NCBI GenBank assembly: GCA_050250895.1
Contig: JBFWNU010000001.1
Coordinates: forward strand, 1,224,008 to 1,288,007
DNA from: Vulcanimicrobiota bacterium
GTDB taxonomy: Bacteria; Vulcanimicrobiota; Xenobia; Xenobiales; JADMJV01
Direction of reading: 5' to 3'
DNA: 64,000 nt
The position numbers and the translations under genes were made by a program. Below are positions 57,602 to 64,000 of this stretch, in pieces. Below the pieces are notes generated by a model. It ran no database searches. It had not been told where the DNA came from and saw only the letters and a program-made list of their open reading frames with translations. How positions within the stretch are numbered: the first letter of the stretch is position 1; every line of letters begins with the position of its first letter.

Positions 57602-59380
57602 TTACTCCCGACCGCGTTCGCCTTTGTCCTCGTTGATGAAGATCCAGGCGACCAGTTCGCCCGGGTTGATGGGCCAGGCGTCGTTTTCGCCCTCCCAGAA
57701 GTCGAGGTCGCGCACGTAGCGCGAAGAGGTGTCGGCGGCCGGGATGCTGGCAGCGTCGGTGCGGACCTTCTCGAAGCGCTGCTTCCAGACAGCCATGTTC
57801 TCGACCCGCAGGTCGATCCAGCCGGCCCGCACCCATTGCTCCACCGAGACGTCGTCCAGGGGCACGACCTCGTCACCTCGCGAGGGAGGCGTCTTGACTT
57901 CGCGCCCGCGGACCAGTTGGCGCACGCCGTCTTCTTCGAAAAGGATGGGAATGCCGATGGTGGCGGGGGTGGCTACGAGTTTGGGGTGCTCGCGCAAAAG
58001 CTCCAGGCAGCGGGCCGTCATGTCGGCGGGGGTCGCCTCCACGGCCTTCTGGATGGTGCCATAGATGCGGCGCAGGAAGGCGGCTTCATAGAGCAACTTG
58101 GAGAGGCGGGGGGGGCCGAGGTTCTCGAAAGCGATCGATTCGACCCCGTGCTCGCGCTCGAGTTGGCGCAGCTTTTGGATGGCTCGCTCGCGCTGAAAAC
58201 CGGCCCGATAAGTGGGACCCATGCAAGTGACGTTGAGGGCATTGATGACGTCCTTGCCGGTGTTGATGCCGCGGACCTCGTCGACGACATTGCGCGCGAT
58301 TTCTTCAGGAGTGACGAATTCCATCTGGCCTGGGGAAGTGATAGCAATGAATTCCTCGGTCGAGAAGAGCCCGTTCTCGCCGGTATCCACAAAGACCGTG
58401 CGCATGACCTCGTCGGTGGGTTGGGCGGCTCGAGCGTCATAAAGAGTGAGGTCGCCCTCTGAACCGATGGGCTTGGCGTCGGCCAGACTGATAGCCTCCA
58501 ACTGCACCGGCCGCCCTCGCTTGATGACATCGCCGTAGCGGATACCGCGCCAGCCGATCAGGGCGGTGGGCTTGATTTCCATCGTGGCCGGAGCCGGCTT
58601 GGAGAGTAGATTGTGGGGATCGTCGTCCTGGAAGGTGAGGATTCCGGGGGTTCGCGCCAGCAAGAAGAGCAACAGCGTGTGGGCTCCGGCGACCGCCGAC
58701 TTGGATAGGAGCAGGGCGGAGGGGCGCTCTTCGCCGTGCGTGTAGGGGATATTCCAGCCCATCCCGCCGGTGCCCGAGGTGCCCAGCTTGACGTAGGCCT
58801 GGGTGTCGGCCCGCGCCATGGAGCGATACAGCACGTCGACATGTCGGATCAGCTGGGGGATGTAGAGGCTGCACAACAGATGTTCGACTTCGTCGCGGTT
58901 GGGTCCCTCGTGCTGCAAGGTCTGCCAGACTTTGCGGGCGCGGGTAAAGATGTCTGAATAAGCGATTCCGGTGGCCGTATTGATGCCATCGATGATCACC
59001 TGCGGCTTGTGGCGCATGACCAATTCGTAGAGAAAGAATCGCTTGAGGGTCTCGAACGTGAGTGGGGCTAGCGTATCTTCGATCACAGCCTGGCGGCCTT
59101 CCGGGTCGCTGACGATGGCTCCGCCGGTCTTGTCTTTGAGCGAGGTGCGGGTGAAGATGTTGCCCCACTCGGGGATGAACTCGACGCCTTTGATCCCCTG
59201 CAATCCGCGGGCTCGTTGGTACTCCTCCTGGAGCTGCTCGACGGCCTCGCGGGCCTCGGCTTCAAAAAGCGAGCTGACGATGATGCGGGCGGGTTCGTTT
59301 TCGATGAGTTCGCGGCAGACGGCCCGGCCGACCATACCGGCGCCGCCGAGAACCAAGACGGTGGATCCTTTGATGTTCAT
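57602..59380 (-). CDS. Rossmann-fold NAD(P)-binding 'short-chain dehydrogenase'-like protein
   Basis: VLVLGGAGMVG; GTSGTGGMGWNIPYTH; long uncharacterised C-terminal part. Confidence 0.75.
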   Translation of the reverse strand: MNIKGSTVLVLGGAGMVGRAVCRELIENEPARIIVSSLFEAEAREAVEQLQEEYQRARGLQGIKGVEFIPEWGNIFTRTSLKDKTGGAIVSDPEGRQAVIEDTLAPLTFETLKRFFLYELVMRHKPQVIIDGINTATGIAYSDIFTRARKVWQTLQHEGPNRDEVEHLLCSLYIPQLIRHVDVLYRSMARADTQAYVKLGTSGTGGMGWNIPYTHGEERPSALLLSKSAVAGAHTLLLFLLARTPGILTFQDDDPHNLLSKPAPATMEIKPTALIGWRGIRYGDVIKRGRPVQLEAISLADAKPIGSEGDLTLYDARAAQPTDEVMRTVFVDTGENGLFSTEEFIAITSPGQMEFVTPEEIARNVVDEVRGINTGKDVINALNVTCMGPTYRAGFQRERAIQKLRQLEREHGVESIAFENLGPPRLSKLLYEAAFLRRIYGTIQKAVEATPADMTARCLELLREHPKLVATPATIGIPILFEEDGVRQLVRGREVKTPPSRGDEVVPLDDVSVEQWVRAGWIDLRVENMAVWKQRFEKVRTDAASIPAADTSSRYVRDLDFWEGENDAWPINPGELVAWIFINEDKGERGRE

Positions 59381-59471
59381 GGCGGCCCGGCTTTCGTGGC
59401 CCGAGAAAGGGGTTCCTATGGTTCTTCAAAATCGTCACAGGAGCCCCGGCGCGGCGGTGGAAGGAGCCTGC

Positions 59472-59840
59472 ATGAGAGTCGTCACAGCAGAGAGTCTAGA
59501 CTGGGAGTCAGACCAGAATCCCTCTACCGCCGTGGTTCACAGCGAGAAGTTCGGCGAGCAAGAACTACGTATCGAGATGATCGAGGTGCGCCCCGGGGAT
59601 TTCGTCGCGCCCCATCGCCACGCCCGCCGGCGAGAGTTTTTCGCTGTGGCTTATTCGGCCGGTGCTCAGGTTCAGATTGGGGAGCGCATCTTTCGACCGA
59701 TCGCCGGGCAGGTCTTCGAGCGTGAAGCCGGAGAGGTGCTGGCCATCACCAACGACACCAAGCATCCTCTCCGATTGATGGTTACCCGGATCGGCTATGA
59801 GCCCGATGATATCGAATGGCTCCACCCGATCGAACCTTAG
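59472..59840 (+). CDS. cupin domain protein
   Basis: RBS AAGGAG; PGDFVAPHRH..RE motif. Confidence 0.75.
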   Translation: MRVVTAESLDWESDQNPSTAVVHSEKFGEQELRIEMIEVRPGDFVAPHRHARRREFFAVAYSAGAQVQIGERIFRPIAGQVFEREAGEVLAITNDTKHPLRLMVTRIGYEPDDIEWLHPIEP

Positions 59841-59851
59841 GGCCCCGTGGC

Positions 59852-60829
59852 CTATTCTTTAGCAGCCTGTTTCCTTTGCGTCGATTTGTCGAGCTGGGTG
59901 GCGATGAACTCGCCCAATTCGCGGTTGGCCTCTTTTGCCTCGGGTAGACCCGGCAAGGTATAGAAGCCGTGGGCCACGCCGTCCCAGACACTGAGGGTGG
60001 TCTGGGCGCCGGAGGCTCGCAGGCGACGATAGAGCCGTACGCTGAGACTCAGCAAGAGGTCTCGGGTGCCGCTCTGAATCAAGCTGGGGGGAAAGTCCGA
60101 TCCAAATCGCTCATAGATAGGCGAGAGTTTGGGGTCGCTGAGTTGGCGGCCACCCGCGTAGGCCAGGGCAAAGACCTTCAGATTGTTCTGGTAGTGAATG
60201 ATTGGGTCGACCCCGGCCAGGGTGGTGAGGGTGTCGCCGCTGGCGGTGAGATCGCACCAGGGAGACTGCAGACCGAGGGCGGCCGGACCAGGCAGGCCGC
60301 GGCGACGCGCCTCGAAGACGGTGGTCAGAGCCAGACCGGCTCCGGCCGAGCTGCCTGAGAACGCGATCTGGTCGGCCGGATACTGATCGAGCAAGGCGGT
60401 GTAGACGGCCAGGCTGTCTTCGAGGGCGGCCGGGTAGGGATGCTGGGGGGCCAGGCGATAATCGAAGGCGATCACTCGACGATGGCTGAAGTGGGCCAGG
60501 GGAACGCTACTGGTCAGGCTTCCCTCGGAACTGCCTTTGACGTAGCCTCCCCCATGGAAGTGGAGGATGACTCCGGGGCTCGGCTTATCGCCCCCGCCGA
60601 TGGACAGGCAGCGAACCCCACCGAGTTCGAGGGCCTCTTCGCGATAGGGGTAGCTGGCCTTGAGTTTTTCGCGGTCGGGTGGGGCTGCCTTTTGAAAAGC
60701 TTCCCAATCGGCCGGGGTCTTGAGAACCAGCGGCTTGGGAGCGGTTTTGCCGCGGTAATAGTCGAGCGCCTCGGGGCTTTGGCCCCAGGCGGCGGTGCAA
60801 ACCAGCAACACCAGAAGAAGTCTGAGCAT
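59852..60829 (-). CDS. secreted alpha/beta hydrolase (HSL-family esterase)
   Basis: HGGG, DYRLAP, GSSAG, GTRDLL, HGF. Confidence 0.92.
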   Translation of the reverse strand: MLRLLLVLLVCTAAWGQSPEALDYYRGKTAPKPLVLKTPADWEAFQKAAPPDREKLKASYPYREEALELGGVRCLSIGGGDKPSPGVILHFHGGGYVKGSSEGSLTSSVPLAHFSHRRVIAFDYRLAPQHPYPAALEDSLAVYTALLDQYPADQIAFSGSSAGAGLALTTVFEARRRGLPGPAALGLQSPWCDLTASGDTLTTLAGVDPIIHYQNNLKVFALAYAGGRQLSDPKLSPIYERFGSDFPPSLIQSGTRDLLLSLSVRLYRRLRASGAQTTLSVWDGVAHGFYTLPGLPEAKEANRELGEFIATQLDKSTQRKQAAKE

Positions 60830-60902
60830 GGCGGGCTCTTTTGAGCGTTCACGGATTTACCCTCTTGATGCTCGCTTAACGGTCTTGCCTCAGTCTTGAA
60901 GG

Positions 60903-61934
60903 GTGGCATTCGGTGGAGCCAAATACTGCGGACCAGCCGACGGCCGTTCGCAGCAGCCTCGCAGCTATGTCCGACCGCTGGCTCGAGCGCTGATCGGGGC
61001 CGCCACTCGGGTCAGCCTCGAGGGTCGTGAGAATCTGCCCGCCTCGGGTGGCAATATCTACTGCCCAAATCATCCGGGCACCGGCTTGGATGTCTACATT
61101 CCGCACCTGTTCGTGGAGGGAGACCTGCGCACGATGGTCCGGGTCACCCGCTTCGAGAGTCCGGCCATGGCCCGATTCTCCGAGGTGACCGGAGCCTACC
61201 CGGTTGACCGCACCCACGTGGATGAGGCGACCAAGCAGCATTCGCTCGAGGTTCTACGCCAGGGGCATGATCTGTTGCTCTTTCCCGAAGGCCGACATTC
61301 CGAGATGGCAGGCCAGGTAGGCAGACTCAAGCGAGGGGCGGCCTCGTTCGCCCTCAAGGCGCCGGCCGGACAGGTGGTGCCGGTGGCCTATCATTTTCAG
61401 GCCGACGATCAGGCGCGCTGGCTCGAGACCGTGGCGGTGGGCGGTCTGGCTCTGGGCGCCGGTCTGGTGACGCCTGGGCTGGGCGGCCCCCTGGTGGGAG
61501 CGGCTATCGGCAGCCAAACGGGTAGGGCTTTGGCCACTTATCTGGCCCCGATCCTTTCCCCCGACCGCGATCCGCTGGTGCTCACCAAGCTAGCTCGTGA
61601 CCCCTCCATCAAGGCGGCCGGCAGCCTGGTGGGAGGGTTGATTGGAGCGGCCCTGGGGTCGTTGGTGCCTAACGCTGGCAGTCTGGCCGCGGGGGTGGGG
61701 GCGTTTTCCCTGGGCTACGACTTCATTCATCGGGATCAGTGCAAGGTGTCGATCGGCCAACCCATCCCGGTGAGCGATTATCTGGACCGCGATGCGCGTC
61801 AGGCTAATACCGACCTGACCGAAGAGTTGCATCGGCGCATCGGGCATCAGGTCGAGAAGCTGTCAGGGGTGGCCTACGACGAGGCGGCTCCCAAGATCCA
61901 TCAGCACAGTGGTAGCCCTACCGGTAAGGCCTGA
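60903..61934 (+). CDS. lysophospholipid acyltransferase (PlsC family) with a Gly-zipper insert
   Basis: GRENLP, NH...LD, GAYPVDR, FPEG, VVPV, IGQPI. Confidence 0.8.
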   Translation: MAFGGAKYCGPADGRSQQPRSYVRPLARALIGAATRVSLEGRENLPASGGNIYCPNHPGTGLDVYIPHLFVEGDLRTMVRVTRFESPAMARFSEVTGAYPVDRTHVDEATKQHSLEVLRQGHDLLLFPEGRHSEMAGQVGRLKRGAASFALKAPAGQVVPVAYHFQADDQARWLETVAVGGLALGAGLVTPGLGGPLVGAAIGSQTGRALATYLAPILSPDRDPLVLTKLARDPSIKAAGSLVGGLIGAALGSLVPNAGSLAAGVGAFSLGYDFIHRDQCKVSIGQPIPVSDYLDRDARQANTDLTEELHRRIGHQVEKLSGVAYDEAAPKIHQHSGSPTGKA

Positions 61935-63251
61935 TCACCACCAGGTGCCGGGGGTTTCTTTCTCGGCCTGAGCCCCCCCTACAGGCTCGATGGTCACCCT
62001 GGCTGTGGCCAGCGGAGGCGTGAAACAGCGGTGGTTCCAGCTACGCTCGTTGCCAATGTCGATCAAGCCCGGTCCCAGCAGGTCGGTGAAGCGGGCCTTG
62101 ACCAGGAAGGGGGCCAGCCGCTCGGCCGGGCGCCCACCCTTGAGCCGAAAAGCAATCTCGGCGAGGCGACAGAATTCGCCCGGCTCGCAGGGAGCGTTGC
62201 ACGGCACCAGATGGTCTAGCAGAATCCCGTCGCCGACTTTGCGCGAGAGTTCGCCAAAAGATGAGCGCCCCCCCAGCATGGCCAGGTTGGACCAGCCCGG
62301 ACGCGGAGGGCGGGCCCATTCGCGCACGGCCAGCCCCGGCGGATCGACGCCCAGGGCTTTGGCGTTGAGGCGGTCGGCTAAGTGGTGATGGACCACTCCG
62401 TCCTGGACCAGGGCCACCGGCTTGCGGGCCAGACCCTCGCCGTCGAACGGCACCGTGCCCGGTCCGGCCGGCAAGGTGCCATCGTCTTGAATGGTGATGC
62501 GCGGATTGAGCCAGGCCTCTCCCCAGGGGGCGGCCAGGTCGGGGGTATTGAGAAAGTTGGCGGCGTCGAAGTGGGTCCGCGTCAGGTCGCGCAAAAGGGC
62601 GGCTGTGGCGGCTTCGGTCCACACGGCCGGAGCCTCGCCCGGAGAGGCATCTACCACCTTTTTGGAGTGGGCGGCCCGCCAGGCCAGCTGGCACAGGATC
62701 TCGGCCGGTGACGAGCGCAGCCTCGACATCACCAGCCCGGCCGAGAGCGGGGCTCCGTTGGTAGTGTGCAGGCCCAATTGGTAGACCACTCGCTGGCTGA
62801 TCTGCTCCCCCGAACGCGTGACCAGGCACAGTTGCTGAACCCGCAGGCCGGCCCGGATGCTGACGGGTCGGTCGGGCAACAGCGAAGGAATCAGAAACTG
62901 CAGGCGTCCCACCAGTTGGGTCAGCTGGTGCAGATGGGGGTCGGTGTTGACCGGCTCGAGATTGGGTTGTTGGCCCGAAAAGGGTAGCCCGTGGCTAAAG
63001 AGGATGCCCTCCTGTTCGCCGTTGCGGGCCTCGTGCACGGCCGCCTCGAGGATATGCTCGGGGGTGTCGTCGACGTTGCCCCAGGCCCAACCCAGCTTGC
63101 CTTCCAGGTTGACCCGCAGACCCCAACCTCTCGACTCGCGGCGAAAGTCGGGTTCGGCCAGGTCGATTTCGGTCCGCTCCTCCCACGCGATCTCGGCGTC
63201 GCGGCATCGTCGAAGAGCTGTTCCCATCAATTTTCCAACAGGCGGTTTCAC
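61935..63251 (-). CDS. TldE/PmbA-like metallopeptidase-related protein
   Basis: GWGLRV..GKLG, ITIQDDG...PFDGEG, LVQDGV, PGWSN; start may be 63227. Confidence 0.75.
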   Translation of the reverse strand: MKPPVGKLMGTALRRCRDAEIAWEERTEIDLAEPDFRRESRGWGLRVNLEGKLGWAWGNVDDTPEHILEAAVHEARNGEQEGILFSHGLPFSGQQPNLEPVNTDPHLHQLTQLVGRLQFLIPSLLPDRPVSIRAGLRVQQLCLVTRSGEQISQRVVYQLGLHTTNGAPLSAGLVMSRLRSSPAEILCQLAWRAAHSKKVVDASPGEAPAVWTEAATAALLRDLTRTHFDAANFLNTPDLAAPWGEAWLNPRITIQDDGTLPAGPGTVPFDGEGLARKPVALVQDGVVHHHLADRLNAKALGVDPPGLAVREWARPPRPGWSNLAMLGGRSSFGELSRKVGDGILLDHLVPCNAPCEPGEFCRLAEIAFRLKGGRPAERLAPFLVKARFTDLLGPGLIDIGNERSWNHRCFTPPLATARVTIEPVGGAQAEKETPGTWW

Positions 63252-63289
63252 AGGGCGACCATTCTCCCGAGGGCACGGAACGCCTTCCG

Positions 63290-64000
63290 GTGAATCTGTC
63301 CAGAGTGAAGTTCGACGAGTTGTGGGTGTGGGGCGACCAGGGCCTGAGTCGCCGCCTGGATTGGTATCGCCAGGTGGCCGTCAATCAGATGCCGGCCAAG
63401 TCTTTGTTGGCGCGCCGGGTCCCCCTCTCCATACCGCTCGAGGCTCCGACCGAAGCGCTGTGGGATGAGTTCCATCGCCTGCTGCCGCACTTTTTGAGCC
63501 TGCACCAGAGCGTCCGAGCCGGAGGCACGATGGGTCCGGCCCTCGAGCCCAACCTGCTGGACCTGGTCTCGGCCCTGGGCTCTCGCATGCTGACGAGCTG
63601 CAATTTTTGCCGGTGGAACTGCCGGGTCGATCGTTCGGGGGACGGCAAGCTCGGGGCCTGCCAGTTGGCCACCGAGACGCGGGTGGCCAGCGCCTTCCAC
63701 CATCATGGAGAAGAGTTGATCTACCGAGGACGCGGCGGCTCGGGCACCATCTTCTTCACCTCTTGCAATATGCGCTGTGCCTTTTGCCAGAACGGCGACA
63801 TCAGCACCGACAAGCACAACGGCACGGTGATCGGACCCGACCAACTGGCCGCCCTGGCCCGGCGCCTGCGGCTGGAAGGTTGCCATAACATCAATTGGGT
63901 AGGTGGCGACCCTACCATTCATCTGCACACCATTCTCGAGGCGATCCGCCTGCTGGCCGGTCAGGCCGAGCCCGAAGACAGCCTGGAATTGCGCATCCGC
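63290..64000 (+). CDS. PflX-like radical SAM protein (3' truncated by the window edge)
   Basis: Own translation: CNFCRWNCRVDR, HHHGEE, GSGTIFFTSCNMRCAFCQN, GCHNINWVGGDPT. Confidence 0.9.
   Translation, partial: MNLSRVKFDELWVWGDQGLSRRLDWYRQVAVNQMPAKSLLARRVPLSIPLEAPTEALWDEFHRLLPHFLSLHQSVRAGGTMGPALEPNLLDLVSALGSRMLTSCNFCRWNCRVDRSGDGKLGACQLATETRVASAFHHHGEELIYRGRGGSGTIFFTSCNMRCAFCQNGDISTDKHNGTVIGPDQLAALARRLRLEGCHNINWVGGDPTIHLHTILEAIRLLAGQAEPEDSLELRIR

Overview
High-GC bacterial chromosome segment, roughly 64-66% GC by eye, with about 65 CDS. I recognised no rRNA, tRNA, CRISPR array, integrase or transposase. The gene content (lipid A genes, cyanobacteria-type LpxB-like paralogues, lineage-specific orphans) suggests a diderm Terrabacteria member, possibly Eremiobacterota/Vulcanimicrobiota; this is inference only. 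Main blocks: (1) an extended lipid A cluster at 1-10.4 kb (lpxC, fabZ, a structured leader, a GnnA-like dehydrogenase, lpxA, lpxB, two LpxB-like proteins, an ICMT/LmtA-like methyltransferase, a stand-alone metallophosphoesterase with a GNR motif, a CPBP protease, and a convergent LpxD homologue lacking the catalytic His); (2) oppD/F, DUF3857, ispE, NTP transferase, ridA; (3) EF-G2 plus a Gly-rich lipoprotein; (4) cysteine desulfurase-mnmA, a GAF kinase, and gap-pgk-tpiA-secG-cystathionine lyase; (5) a Phd-VapC toxin-antitoxin pair, gluconate genes and orphans; (6) two AsnB amidotransferases plus GT4 behind a sigma-28-like promoter and a candidate sRNA; (7) a Pro-rich repeat protein, guaB-ispF, a 0.7 kb non-coding repeat region, an SDR-like protein, esterase, PlsC, TldE-like and a truncated PflX-like radical SAM gene. 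The best candidate for an undescribed system is the non-canonical lipid A biosynthesis/modification module. All calls are from manual motif reading; no database searches were run.
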